Positions 9,455 through 20,815 of a stretch of DNA of 46,939 nucleotides are shown here, one piece after another (the first letter of the stretch is position 1; the number at the start of each line of letters is the position of its first letter). Source of the stretch: Deltaproteobacteria bacterium (GTDB taxonomy: Bacteria > Desulfobacterota > Desulfomonilia > UBA1062); assembly GCA_021372395.1 (NCBI GenBank), contig JAJFUP010000117.1, positions 1 through 46,939 on the forward strand, in the 5' to 3' direction. The position numbers and the translations under genes are program-made. The notes beneath the pieces are model-generated. The model was given only the letters and a program-made list of their open reading frames with translations, made no database searches and had not been told where the DNA came from.

Positions 9455-10351
9455 TCAACCCCTGGTGAACGACCTTCCCGTGAGCAACTCATATGCAGCG
9501 ATGTACTTCTCCGAGGTCTTCTCCAAGATGTCCTGCGGCAGTCGCGGTCCCGGTGCGGTCTTGTTCCAGTCGAGCGTCTCGAGGTAATCCCGTACGAACT
9601 GCTTGTCGAAGCTCTTCTGCGGGCCTCCCGGCCGGTAGCCGTCACGCGGCCAGAACCTCGAGGAATCCGGGGTGAGCGCCTCGTCGATCCAGATGAGTTC
9701 GTCGCCGAGGAGCCCGAATTCGAATTTCGTGTCTGCGATGATGATGCCCTTTTCCAGGGCGTGAGCCGCGGCCATGGCGTAGATGGCGAGCGATACGGAC
9801 TGCACCTTCTCGATGAGGTCATGGCCCACGAGGTCTCCAGCGGCAGCAAGATCGATGTTGAGGTCGTGCTGTCCGAGTTCGGCCTTGGTGGACGGGGTGA
9901 ATATGGTCTTCGGCAGGCGGTCGGATTCCTTCAGCCCAGCAGGGAGCCGCACCCCGGAGATGGACCCTTTCTCGAGGTACTCTTTCCAGCCGGAGCCCGA
10001 GAGGTATCCCCGTACGATGCATTCGACGGGCAGCGGCCGGGTCTTCTTCACGAGCATGGATCTCCCCTTCAGTCGCTCGTCCCCGGTAAATGGTGCCGGG
10101 TAGTCGCTCACATCCGAACTCACCACGTGGTTCCTGATGAGGGGAGTGCCCTTGTCGAACCAGAACAGGGAGATCTGGTTCAGGACATGGCCTTTGGCGG
10201 GGATGGGGTCGGGGAGTACCACGTCGAAGGCGGAGATGCGGTCGGTGGTGACGATCAGGAGGTGGTCGGCGTCCGCCTCGAAGATTTCGCGGACCTTCCC
10301 GCTGTTGATTTTTTTCCCGTGAGTCACGTCGATGTTCGTGAGGACATCCAT
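9455..10351 (-). CDS. purC: phosphoribosylaminoimidazole-succinocarboxamide (SAICAR) synthase
   Basis: Track ORF 9455..10546 trimmed to ATG 10351, preceded by GGAGGGAAGGG. GKVREIF...[16 protein letters not shown]...[10 protein letters not shown] motifs. The 298-aa length fits long-form PurC. Confidence 0.93.
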   Translation of the reverse strand: MDVLTNIDVTHGKKINSGKVREIFEADADHLLIVTTDRISAFDVVLPDPIPAKGHVLNQISLFWFDKGTPLIRNHVVSSDVSDYPAPFTGDERLKGRSMLVKKTRPLPVECIVRGYLSGSGWKEYLEKGSISGVRLPAGLKESDRLPKTIFTPSTKAELGQHDLNIDLAAAGDLVGHDLIEKVQSVSLAIYAMAAAHALEKGIIIADTKFEFGLLGDELIWIDEALTPDSSRFWPRDGYRPGGPQKSFDKQFVRDYLETLDWNKTAPGPRLPQDILEKTSEKYIAAYELLTGRSFTRG

Positions 10352-10614
10352 ACCCTTCCCTCCAGCCATTCGAAATAAGCCGCTAAGATGCCAAAAAAGT
10401 ATTGAAAAAGTCAATAGCCTAGTATAGAGTTTGGAACCCTTTGGGTCGAGGTGGCGCTCACAGGACATCCACTCACCAAGGTCCCCGGTGGAACAGCGAG
10501 GGGCGGTCTGTGATGAGAGAAGCGGATACTGGTGGATAGACTGCACATTATATCCTTGAGTTTTGCCGCTTAAATGAATAATACGAAGGGAAAGATGCAG
10601 GCAACGAGGAAGTA

Positions 10615-12006
10615 ATGTCAGAGAAGTCCGATCCGAATATGCCCGAGGTGAGGAACGGTCTGGTTTATACGTGTATCCACTGCGGGCGGCGCTATGACAT
10701 CTACGACTTCATCTACACCTGTCCTTCCTGCAAATCGCTCCTCAAGATCGAGAACACGGCCTTCGATGACCTGAAGCGCATCCCTGCCGAGACCTGGAAG
10801 CAGACCTTCGATGCGAGAAGAAACTCGAATGCGCTTGAGATCCAGGGGATATTCCGGTTTCATGAGCTGATCCTGCCCATGATTCCCCTGGCCGACATCA
10901 TATACCTCGGCGAGGGACAGACCCCCATTGTCAGGGCGAACCAGGATCTGAGCGCGTGGGTCGGCGCACCGTTCCTTGTGAAGAACGACGGACTCAACCC
11001 TTCGGCGAGCTTCAAGGACCGGGGTATGGCCTCTGCCATCAGCTACCTCAACCATGTCATCCGGGTCAAAAACCTGGACAGCGTACTGGGCATCTGTGCC
11101 TCCACAGGAGACACTTCTGCTGCCGCAGCCCTGTACCTGAGCTATCTGCCGAAATCCAAGGTCTCTGCAGTGGTGCTGCTCCCCAAGGGAAAGGTGACGT
11201 CCCAACAGCTCTCCCAGCCGCTTGGCTCCGGCGCCCAGGTCATCGAGATGCCGGGCGTGTTCGACGACTGCATGCGGGTGGTGGAGGAGCTGGCGCAGGA
11301 TTACCACGTGTTTCTCCTGAACTCGAAGAACCCGGTGCGTATCCTTGGCCAGAAATCCTATGCCTATGAGATCGCCCAGCAGCTGGGCTGGAATACCGAT
11401 GGACTGACCGTAGTCGTTCCCATCGGAAACGCGGGAAACATCACCGCTGTCATGGAAGGATTCGTCGACCTCTACGAACTGGGAATCATCAAGACGCTGC
11501 CGAGGATCCTGGGGGTTCAGAGTCACCATGCCGACCCGGTATCCAGGTGGCGCGCGAGCGGTGCCTACGTCCCGGTAAAGGTCAGCCCGTCCGTGGCTCA
11601 GGCCGCCATGATCGGTGACCCGGTCTCCTTCCCCAAGGTCAGGCAGCTCGTGGAAAGATATTTCGACGACCGGTTCTTTGTCGTTTCCGTAACAGAGAAC
11701 GAGATCATGGAAGGCATGCTCAAGGCGAACAGGCACGGCCACGTGGTCTGCACCCAGGGCGGAGAATCCATTGCAGGGCTCAAGAGGGCCCTTGCCGAAA
11801 AACTCATACCTGAAGCCGGGCAGTTCGTGGTGGATTCCACGTCACACCAGTTGAAGTTCGCCTCGTTCCAGCAGAGGTACTTTGACGATGCCTTCGGCCC
11901 GGACTATGGCATCACGACGAGGGAGGAACTCAAGAACGCCCCCGTAACGCTGGAGAGCAGCGCATCCAAGATAGCCCAGCACCTTGGCCTCAAGAGAAAG
12001 GTCTGA
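10615..12006 (+). CDS. thrC: threonine synthase-family PLP enzyme with N-terminal zinc ribbon
   Basis: Zinc ribbon [21 protein letters not shown] (CxxC..CxxC). PLP-lysine motif [23 protein letters not shown] loop. 463 aa. Assigned at family level only; see finding on the metK-ahcY linkage. Confidence 0.8.
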   Translation: MSEKSDPNMPEVRNGLVYTCIHCGRRYDIYDFIYTCPSCKSLLKIENTAFDDLKRIPAETWKQTFDARRNSNALEIQGIFRFHELILPMIPLADIIYLGEGQTPIVRANQDLSAWVGAPFLVKNDGLNPSASFKDRGMASAISYLNHVIRVKNLDSVLGICASTGDTSAAAALYLSYLPKSKVSAVVLLPKGKVTSQQLSQPLGSGAQVIEMPGVFDDCMRVVEELAQDYHVFLLNSKNPVRILGQKSYAYEIAQQLGWNTDGLTVVVPIGNAGNITAVMEGFVDLYELGIIKTLPRILGVQSHHADPVSRWRASGAYVPVKVSPSVAQAAMIGDPVSFPKVRQLVERYFDDRFFVVSVTENEIMEGMLKANRHGHVVCTQGGESIAGLKRALAEKLIPEAGQFVVDSTSHQLKFASFQQRYFDDAFGPDYGITTREELKNAPVTLESSASKIAQHLGLKRKV

Positions 12007-12203
12007 CCGATGGCTATCTTCGGTGCGAGAAGGGATCTCCGTGAACAGAGCGAGGGGATCGGCTCAGCCGTTCTTTCTCCTGATGGTCGCTTTAAGTGCC
12101 GTGAGGGACAAGGGTCTGCCTGCGGGATCCGGTTTGCGCGGATTTACACCACAGATAATCGCTTGCAAGAGCGCCAATAATCATGAAACAGGAGGATCAT
12201 TCA

Positions 12204-13372
<1,169 letters not shown>

Positions 13373-13373
<1 letters not shown>

Positions 13374-14821
13374 TGGCAGAAACGGGGAAAAAGGCGGATC
13401 ACATCCGCCTGCCTGATTTTTCCGGCCTCGGTTACAAGGTGGCCGACATGGCGCAGGCGGATTTCGGCAGGAAGGAGATCGCCGTATCCGAGCACGAGAT
13501 GCCGGGCCTCATGGCCGTGAGGGAAAAATACACCTCGAAGCAGCCCCTGAAAGGGGCGCGGATCTCAGGCTCCCTGCACATGACCATCCAGACGGCGGTG
13601 CTCATCGACACACTGAAGTCCCTGGGCGCCGATGTCAGGTGGGCATCGTGCAACATCTTTTCCACCCAGGACCATGCAGCGGCAGCCATAGCTGCAGGCG
13701 GGGTGCCGGTGTTTGCCTGGAAGGGCGAAAGCCTCGAAGAGTACTGGGCATGCACCCTGGAGGCGTTGACCTTCCCGGGAGGCAAGGGCCCGAACCTCAT
13801 CGTCGATGATGGGGGTGATGCCACGCTCATGGTGCACAGGGGCTACCGTGCAGAGGATGATCCGTCCATCCTTGATGCGAAGACGGACAACAAGGAAATG
13901 GCTATCATCAATGCGGTGCTCAGGCTCAGGCTCAAGGATGACCCGACCTTCTGGCATCGTGCCGTACAGGAGATCAAAGGCGTGTCCGAGGAGACCACCA
14001 CGGGGGTTCACCGGCTCTACCAGATGATGGAATCCGGGACACTCCTCTTCCCTGCCGTCAATGTGAACGATTCGGTCACCAAGAGCAAGTTCGACAACCT
14101 GTATGGGTGCCGCGAGTCGCTGGCCGACGGCATCAAGCGGGCAACGGATGTCATGGTGGCGGGCAAGGTCGTGTGCGTGTGCGGGTACGGAGACGTGGGG
14201 AAAGGTTGCTCTCAGTCCATGGGCGGGTTCGGAGCCCGTGTGCTGGTCACCGAGATCGACCCTATCTGCGCCCTCCAGGCTGCGATGGAAGGGTTCGAGG
14301 TCACAACGGTCGAAGACGCACTGAAGGAAGCCAACATCTTCGTCACCGCAACAGGCAACTGCAGGATCATCCGGATAGAGCACATGGAACAGATGCTCGA
14401 CCAGGCGATCGTGTGCAACATCGGTCACTTCGATGATGAGATCGAGGTGAACGAGCTCGAGACCTACCCCGGCATCGAGAGACTCACCATCAAGCCCCAG
14501 GTGGACAGGTACACGTTCCCCGACGGGCACTCCATTTACCTGCTCGCGGAAGGGAGACTCGTGAATCTCGGCTGCGCAACAGGGCACCCGTCATTCGTCA
14601 TGTCCAACTCGTTCACCAATCAGGTGCTCGCCCAGATGGACCTGTGGGAAAACCCGCGGGAGATAAGCGTGAAAACCCTGCCCAAGATCCTCGACGAGGA
14701 GGTGGCCCGGTTGCACCTCGGTAAGCTGGGAGTCAAGCTCACCCGGCTCACCAGGGATCAGGCGGACTATATCGGCGTTCCGGTGGACGGGCCCTACAAG
14801 GCGGATCACTACCGGTATTGA
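13373..14821 (+). CDS. ahcY: adenosylhomocysteinase (long form)
   Basis: [30 protein letters not shown] site [11 protein letters not shown], and C-terminal PYKADHYRY. The start overlaps the metK stop (TAATG). Confidence 0.97.
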
Positions 14822-14850
14822 TGCAGAGGCTCCATTGAGAGGAAAGACAA

Positions 14851-14881
14851 AGGCCCTTTCCGCCATCGGCGGGAAGGGCCT
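14851..14881. terminator. bidirectional rho-independent terminator between convergent ahcY and hydrolase genes
   Basis: 14-bp stem AGGCCCTTTCCGCC / GGCGGGAAGGGCCT (one G-U wobble) with a 3-nt loop. Flanked by an A-run upstream and TTT downstream, so a U-tract is available on both strands. Confidence 0.8.
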
Positions 14882-14936
14882 TTTCATCAAGTTATTCTGT
14901 TAAGAAAAAAGGGAAAGATTCACCAGGCTCTCCTGT

Positions 14937-15773
14937 CTACAGGCGGGCGTCAAGCCATGCGTGAAGGTCTGCAAGCACGATGGCCCTGTCTGCGGGAAGC
15001 TCGTTGTAGACCTCGTGCCGGAGACCCTCATAGAGCTTGAAGGTCTTGTCCATCGCGCCGATCTTCTCGAAGAGTTCCTTCTGTCCCGAAAAGGCGGTAT
15101 CCTTCGACCCCAGCTGGATGAGCACCGGCACCTCGATAGTGAAGGCCTTCTCCGCCCCGATGAACACATACCTGTTCATCTCGTGGGCGAGTCTCGGGGT
15201 GATGACGTTGTAGACCAGGGGATCATCCACATATGCCTTCACCACGTCGGGATCCCTCGATATGAACTCGGGAGGAAGGGGGGATTTTACATGGATGGCG
15301 GGAAGTATCCCGGAGAGGACCCTGGTGAGCGCGACGAGAATTTTGGGGATATCCGTGCCCGGCAACGATCCGGTGCCCGACAGCACGAGCCCTTTCAGGT
15401 CGCCGGCAGCCTGCTCAACATAGTTCAAGGCGATGAGGCTCCCCATGGAATGGCCGAGAACGAAGCAGGGCGTATGCGGGAGCTGCGCACGTATCACCTC
15501 TGATGCGAACTGCCTCTCGTCGTCGATGAACTGCTGAAAATTGTCCACATGGCCACGTCTGCCATCGCTCCTGCCATGGCCTCGATGATCGTTCCCGAAG
15601 ATCGCGTAGCCCGCAGGCACGAGTTCGTCCACCACATTCCGGTATCTGCCGACATGCTCTGCATAGCCGTGGATGAGGTGCACCACGGCCTTGGGCGTAC
15701 CATCGGGCATCCAGGCCTTCCAGGACAGAGAGAGACCATCATTCGCGGTCAGCTTTCCTTCTGACGTGTTCAC
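14937..15773 (-). CDS. alpha/beta hydrolase, lysophospholipase/monoacylglycerol lipase-like
   Basis: Track ORF 14937..15824 trimmed to GTG 15773, which sits 7 nt after a perfect AAGGAGG. HLIHGYAEHVGRY, nucleophile elbow GHSMGS, and a late RHEV catalytic-His region. Confidence 0.85.
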   Translation of the reverse strand: MNTSEGKLTANDGLSLSWKAWMPDGTPKAVVHLIHGYAEHVGRYRNVVDELVPAGYAIFGNDHRGHGRSDGRRGHVDNFQQFIDDERQFASEVIRAQLPHTPCFVLGHSMGSLIALNYVEQAAGDLKGLVLSGTGSLPGTDIPKILVALTRVLSGILPAIHVKSPLPPEFISRDPDVVKAYVDDPLVYNVITPRLAHEMNRYVFIGAEKAFTIEVPVLIQLGSKDTAFSGQKELFEKIGAMDKTFKLYEGLRHEVYNELPADRAIVLADLHAWLDARL

Positions 15774-15916
15774 GGTATGTCCTCCTTTCTCAAGTGAATC
15801 CATCGCAGTCCATTCCCTCTTCACCTATGTCACAAACACCCGTTCGGAACAACCGTATTCATGGGTGCGTGCATGGGAAGATTGCCCGTAAAAATCCGCA
15901 CAAGCGCGAAGATTTG

Positions 15917-15962
15917 TTGACAGGCTTTGGCATAAAGGTTATAAGAATGAATGCTCATTCAT
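15917..15962 (+). promoter_or_regulatory. sigma-70-type promoter plus overlapping inverted-repeat operator upstream of acyl-CoA dehydrogenase
   Basis: TTGACA (15917-15922), 17-nt spacer, TATAAG (15940-15945). Immediately followed by inverted repeat ATGAATG-CT-CATTCAT (15947-15962) over the predicted start site. The gene ATG is at 16011 after AAGGAGG. Confidence 0.5.
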
Positions 15963-16010
15963 GGGTAGAGGGCTAACAATAATCCAAGATAATCTTGTAA
16001 GGAGGGTATT

Positions 16011-17834
16011 ATGGCAAGTCAATGGGTAGATGAGAGGGATCTCAAATTCCTGCTGCATGAAGTGTTCCGCATAGGGGATAAGGTCCTCGGCAAAGGGCCG
16101 TTCGCAGACCATGATGCCGACATGGTGAACATGGTCATCGAGCAGGCCGCAAAATTCACGGAGACCGATATCGCGCCAACGTATCCGGACGAAGTGCAGA
16201 GAAAGCCGGTTGAGGCGATATTCAAGGACGGCAAGGTGTATGCCCCCGAGTCGTACCACAAGGTGTACAAGCTCTACTGCGAAGGCGGTTGGATGAGCGT
16301 ATCCGACAACCCCGAGGTGGGCGGACAGGGATTCCCGGCCATCATCGCCGCTGCGTGTGCACAGATGTTCCTGGCAGGCAACCAGGCATTCCTCATGTAC
16401 CCCGGACTCACCCATGGTGCGGCAAGGCTCATCGAAGACCATTTCCAGCACCCCTTGAGGGATATCATCCTTGAGAAGATGTTCAGCGGCGAGTGGGCCG
16501 GCACCATGTGCCTCACCGAGCCGGGCGCGGGTTCCGACGTGGGAGCCCTGAAGACCACGGCAAAGAGAAATCCCGACGGGACGTTCTCCATCACGGGAAC
16601 CAAGTGCTTCATCTCAGCCGGCGACCACGACCTGACCCCGAACATCATTCACCCCGTCCTTGCAAGGATCGAGGGCGATCCCGCAGGAACCAAGGGCATC
16701 TCCATCTTCGTCGTCCCGAAGGTCATGATCAATCCGGACGGATCTCTCGGCGAACCCAATGACATGAACACCGGCGGCATCGAGAGCAAGATGGGCATCC
16801 ACGGCAACGCCACCTGTACGCTCAACTTCGGCGAGAACGGCAAGTGCGTCGGCTACCTCATGGGCGAGGAGCGCCAGGGCATGCCGATCATGTTCCAGAT
16901 GATGAACGAAGAGCGCCAGGGCGTGGGCACCATGGGTGTCGCCCTGTCCACCACTGCATACCTCCACGCCCTTGCCTATGCGAAAGAGCGCATGCAGGGC
17001 GTGAACATCATGGAGATGAAGAACCCTGACGCGAAGCAGTGCCCCATCATTCAGCACCCCGACATCCGCAGGATGCTGCTCAAGATGAAGTCCGTCACCG
17101 AGGCCATCAAGGCCCTTGCCCTGTACTGCTACTACGCCATGGATATGCACCGGCTCGCAGACAACGATCAGGAAAAGGAAAAGTGGCAGGGCATGATCGA
17201 GATGTTCACCCCCATCGTGAAGTCCTACTGCACCGACATGGGCGACGTCGTCACCAACCTGGCGGTCCAGACCTACGGCGGCTACGGCTTCTGCCGTGAG
17301 TACCCGGTGGAGCAGATGCTCCGCGACAACAAGATCAACACGATCTACGAAGGCACCAACGGCATCCAGGCACTCGACCTCTTAGGCAGGAAGCTCGGCA
17401 TGAAGAAGGGCCTGTACTTCATGAACCTTCTGGGCGAGACCCAGGCCGAGATCGCCAAGGCAAAGGGCAACGAGAACCTGAAGGCCGAGGCCGAGATCGT
17501 AGAAAAGGCACTGAATGCATGCGCCGGTACTGCCATGCAGTTCAGCCAGCTCATCCGAAGCAACCCGTTCATTCCGCTGGTCGCTGCGTGTGACTTCCTC
17601 AACTGCCTGGCCGAAGCCCTGTGCGGATGGTTCCACATCTGGATGGCGAACGTGGCCACCGAGAAGCTGGCCGCCAATCCTATCGAGAAGGAAAAGATGT
17701 TCTACACAGGCAAGATAGAAGGTGCCAAGTTCTACATCAACAGGATCACGGGCCTGGTCCCTGCCAAGTGCGAGAACCTCACGCATGACGAGATCAGCTG
17801 CATCCGTATCCCGGACGAGGCCTTCGCCGTCTAG
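16011..17834 (+). CDS. long-type acyl-CoA dehydrogenase (about 600 aa, extra N- and C-terminal domains)
   Basis: WAGTMCLTEPGAGSDVG, GTKCFISAGDHD, GGIESKMGIHGNATC and YGGYGFCREYPVEQMLRDNKINTIYEGTNGIQ motifs. 607 aa. Confidence 0.9.
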   Translation: MASQWVDERDLKFLLHEVFRIGDKVLGKGPFADHDADMVNMVIEQAAKFTETDIAPTYPDEVQRKPVEAIFKDGKVYAPESYHKVYKLYCEGGWMSVSDNPEVGGQGFPAIIAAACAQMFLAGNQAFLMYPGLTHGAARLIEDHFQHPLRDIILEKMFSGEWAGTMCLTEPGAGSDVGALKTTAKRNPDGTFSITGTKCFISAGDHDLTPNIIHPVLARIEGDPAGTKGISIFVVPKVMINPDGSLGEPNDMNTGGIESKMGIHGNATCTLNFGENGKCVGYLMGEERQGMPIMFQMMNEERQGVGTMGVALSTTAYLHALAYAKERMQGVNIMEMKNPDAKQCPIIQHPDIRRMLLKMKSVTEAIKALALYCYYAMDMHRLADNDQEKEKWQGMIEMFTPIVKSYCTDMGDVVTNLAVQTYGGYGFCREYPVEQMLRDNKINTIYEGTNGIQALDLLGRKLGMKKGLYFMNLLGETQAEIAKAKGNENLKAEAEIVEKALNACAGTAMQFSQLIRSNPFIPLVAACDFLNCLAEALCGWFHIWMANVATEKLAANPIEKEKMFYTGKIEGAKFYINRITGLVPAKCENLTHDEISCIRIPDEAFAV

Positions 17835-17857
17835 GGAAACGACTCACCGAAACACCA

Positions 17858-17894
17858 GGGGAGGGAACCAAAAGTTCCCTCCCCTTTCTTTTTT
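17858..17894 (+). terminator. rho-independent terminator after acyl-CoA dehydrogenase
   Basis: Perfect 11-bp stem GGGGAGGGAAC / GTTCCCTCCCC, loop CAAAA, followed by TTTCTTTTTT. Confidence 0.9.
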
Positions 17895-17941
17895 GAGACC
17901 GCTGTATCCCCCGGAGGTGTCGGGAAGTATGGCGCAAGCCC

Positions 17942-18415
17942 CTATTTCTCTCCCCGGTACTGTCCCGGGTACTGGGCAGTGGAGAGGGCTTCCCCCGGTT
18001 TTCTCATTTCGCCGCCCGTGATCCTGCCGATGAAGAGGGTGTGGTCACCGGTATCGATGGCCCGCTCCACCGTGCAGTCGAGGTACCCGAGGGCATCCTT
18101 CAGGACCGGGTTCCCCAACGCCGAGAGGTCGTACTCGAACCCGTCGAACTTGCGCTTCCAATCCGGGATTTTGAATTGGGCGACCTCCTGCATGGCTTCC
18201 TTCGCCAGAAGGTTGACCGTGAATCGACCTGACTGCATGATCTGGGAGTGGGAGAGCCTGTTCTTCCTTATGGCGAGCGTCAGGAGCGCAGGGGTATGGG
18301 AGCACTGGGCGACCCAGGATGCGACCATGCCGTTGTAGAGGCCGTCAGCGGCCAAGGTGACCAGGTAGATGCCGTAATGGAATCGGTCCAGGACATCTTG
18401 CCATGATTTTTCCAT
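17942..18415 (-). CDS. flavin reductase-like FMN-binding protein (second paralog in window)
   Basis: FHYGIYLVT...YNGMVASWVAQCSHTPALLTLAI...split-barrel flavin reductase pattern. RBS AAGGAGG. Confidence 0.85.
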   Translation of the reverse strand: MEKSWQDVLDRFHYGIYLVTLAADGLYNGMVASWVAQCSHTPALLTLAIRKNRLSHSQIMQSGRFTVNLLAKEAMQEVAQFKIPDWKRKFDGFEYDLSALGNPVLKDALGYLDCTVERAIDTGDHTLFIGRITGGEMRKPGEALSTAQYPGQYRGEK

Positions 18416-18544
18416 CTCATCCTCCTTGCAGGGAGTTCTCCTGTTCTAGTAATGTCCGGGGCGAGAAGAGGGAAGGGGGAGGCGTAAGGAAAAATCCGAA
18501 GGGAGGGTGAGGATACGCTCAGGCCCCCGGTGCCTGATCTCCCG

Positions 18545-19525
18545 TCACCTCAGGCCGAGCTTGCCCCTGCCCAGGAGATCGTGAAGATGGATGACACCGG
18601 TGAAGGCGTCGTTCTCATCCGTGACAACCAGGGAGGTGATCTGGTATTTTTCCATCATGTCAAGGGCGTCGATGGCGAGCTTGTCCCCGGTGATCCGCTT
18701 CGGGTTCACAGACATGATGTCCTGCGCCTTCAGGCCGTCGACCTGGGTGCCGTACCGGAGCAGTGCCCTCCTCAGGTCGCCGTCCGTGATCATGCCTGCA
18801 ACCCGAGGCCCGTTGCCCACGAGGGTGAGCCCCAGCTTCTTGTCCGTCATCTCCGCTACGACCTGCGGGAGCCCTGCATCGGCATCAACCATGGGGATCC
18901 GCTCTCCTTTTATCATCATCTCCGAGATGCGTCCCAGGAGCTGTTTCCCCAGCTCTCCCGAGGGGTGAAGGACCCTGAATGAATCCCGGTCAAACCCTTT
19001 GATCTGGGAGAGCACGATGGCCAGGGCATCCCCCAGGGCAAGCTGCGCCGTGGTGGACGCGGTGGGGGCAAGTCCCAGTTTGCCTGCCTCGCGCCTGACC
19101 CTGCACAGGAGCGTGACATCCGCGCCGAGGGCCATGGGAGAGTCCGGGTCGGAGGTGATGGCGATGATGGGGATGCCGAGCGCCTTCAGCGAAGGGATCA
19201 GGTCGCACACCTCCCTGGTCTTGCCGCTGTTGGAGAGAACGATGGCGGCATCCTGGGGCATGATGGAGCCGAGATCGCCGTGGAGACCGTCCAGGGGGTG
19301 CATGAAGATGGCGGGTGTCCCGATGCTCATCATGGTGGAGGCGATCTTCTTGGCGATGATGCCGGATTTTCCCACCCCGGTGAGCACTGCTTTCCCTTTG
19401 AGTTCGGCCATGATCCGAACCGCCCGGGCAAAGCTCTCGTCGATCTGGGAGACAAGGTCGTGAAGACCCTCGATCTCGATGGTGACCGCCTCTTTGCCGA
19501 GCGCGATGATTTCCTGTGCATTCAT
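18545..19525 (-). CDS. kdsD: arabinose-5-phosphate isomerase (SIS domain plus two CBS domains)
   Basis: GKAVLTGVGKSGIIAKKIASTM...LSNSGKT SIS motifs followed by a CBS pair. 326 aa. Confidence 0.92.
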   Translation of the reverse strand: MNAQEIIALGKEAVTIEIEGLHDLVSQIDESFARAVRIMAELKGKAVLTGVGKSGIIAKKIASTMMSIGTPAIFMHPLDGLHGDLGSIMPQDAAIVLSNSGKTREVCDLIPSLKALGIPIIAITSDPDSPMALGADVTLLCRVRREAGKLGLAPTASTTAQLALGDALAIVLSQIKGFDRDSFRVLHPSGELGKQLLGRISEMMIKGERIPMVDADAGLPQVVAEMTDKKLGLTLVGNGPRVAGMITDGDLRRALLRYGTQVDGLKAQDIMSVNPKRITGDKLAIDALDMMEKYQITSLVVTDENDAFTGVIHLHDLLGRGKLGLR

Positions 19526-20808
19526 AGGATTTTCCCGATCAGATCGTATGCATGCGAACCCGTTATCTCCACGTCGGTGATGGTCCCTGCGTCCGCCCCT
19601 CCCTCGGTGATGATGACCTCACCGTCCACTTCGGGAGCCTGGAAAGAGGCCCGGCCTTTCAAGAGGAGCTCCGTTTCCGGGTGGTACCCTTCGATGAGGA
19701 CTTTTACCCTTTCCCCCTTCATCTTGTGAAGTCTTTTTTTCGATACCCCCTGTTGAATCGCCATGATCCGATTCTTCCTCTTCAGTGCGACACGCCGTTT
19801 CGGCGCATCAGGCATGAGGGAGCTCCGGGTGCCGGTTTCAGCGGAGTACGTGAAGACCCCGAGGTGGCCGATGAGGCCCTCCTGAATGAACTGTTCGAGC
19901 TCGAGGAACGCGTCATCGTCCTCGCCCGGGTGCCCCACCATGACGGTGGATCTGATCCAGATCTCGCCGGCAGCGGGCGCAAGAAGGTCGAAGGCAGCCT
20001 TCACTGCCTGCGCCCCACCTTTGCGGCCCATGGCCTGGAGGACTTTCTCCGATACGTGCTGAATAGGCAGGTCGATGTACGGGCATACCTTCGGGTTGGT
20101 CTTCATGAGTTCCACCAGTGTCCCGGTCAGGGATGCCGGGTGGACGTACATGAGCCGGATCCATTCAACGGTCTCGATGCGGGAGATCCTCTCGACGAGC
20201 TCCACGAGGCTCCTTTCTCCCGGGCGGTCCTTGCCGTAGCTGCCGAGGTCCTGGGCAACGAGGATGAGCTCTTTCGCCCCCGAGTCCGCAAGGCGGGTGC
20301 TTTCCCGGATGACCTCATCAAAAGGCTTGCTCACGAGCTCACCCCTGATAGCGGGGATGAGGCAGTAGTTGCAGTGGTTGGAGCACCCCTCGCTCAGCTT
20401 GAGATAGGCGCTGGATCTGCCCGTGAAGAAGGACCGGCTCACCACCGATCCGAAGACCGGGGCGAGATAGCTCTCTCCCCGCAGGTATGCCTCGGCGATC
20501 TCCGCATAGCTCCCCGGTGCGGCAAAGAACCTGATCTCGGGAAGCTCCCTGAGCAGCTCCTGCCGGTACCTGCTCACCAGGCACCCGGCGCAGACAACCT
20601 CCTTGCCGTCCTGGATGAGTTCCAGCATTGTGTTGATGGACTCTTCCACTGCCGAGGCAAGGAAGGAACAGGTGTTCACCACCACGAGCTCGGCATGCGC
20701 CGGGTCCTCGGTGAGTACGAAGCCTTCCTGCTGGAAGCGTTCGCAGATGTACTCGGAGTCCACGAGATTCTTGGGGCAGCCGAGGCTTACAATGGAGAAA
20801 CGCTTCAT
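19522..20808 (-). CDS. rimO: ribosomal protein S12 methylthiotransferase
   Basis: FSIVSLGCPKNLVDSE N-terminal UPF0004 domain, radical SAM CSNHCNYC, C-terminal TRAM. 4-nt overlap with kdsD. Confidence 0.9.
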   Translation of the reverse strand: MKRFSIVSLGCPKNLVDSEYICERFQQEGFVLTEDPAHAELVVVNTCSFLASAVEESINTMLELIQDGKEVVCAGCLVSRYRQELLRELPEIRFFAAPGSYAEIAEAYLRGESYLAPVFGSVVSRSFFTGRSSAYLKLSEGCSNHCNYCLIPAIRGELVSKPFDEVIRESTRLADSGAKELILVAQDLGSYGKDRPGERSLVELVERISRIETVEWIRLMYVHPASLTGTLVELMKTNPKVCPYIDLPIQHVSEKVLQAMGRKGGAQAVKAAFDLLAPAAGEIWIRSTVMVGHPGEDDDAFLELEQFIQEGLIGHLGVFTYSAETGTRSSLMPDAPKRRVALKRKNRIMAIQQGVSKKRLHKMKGERVKVLIEGYHPETELLLKGRASFQAPEVDGEVIITEGGADAGTITDVEITGSHAYDLIGKIL

Positions 20809-20815
20809 GGTGAGA

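Noticed and set aside
10443-10512. ZTP (pfl) riboswitch-like fragments (GGGTCG..TGGCG, CCGGTGG, GGCGGTCTG) next to purC and the thrC-like gene
   Set aside because: On the plus strand the GGTGGA/ACCACCGGGG helix order is inverted. On the minus strand the order of subdomains is wrong. The 3-prime CCGCCTGGGC element is not matched. The resemblance probably comes from a generic GC-rich palindrome. Only a covariance-model scan could rescue it.
12007-12203. SAM-I, SAM-II or SAH riboswitch upstream of metK
   Set aside because: A GAGGGA block and a GATAA block are present, but there is no complementary P1 strand, no GGTGCYAAWTCC element, and no AAAGCT pseudoknot element. I could not thread any known class by eye.
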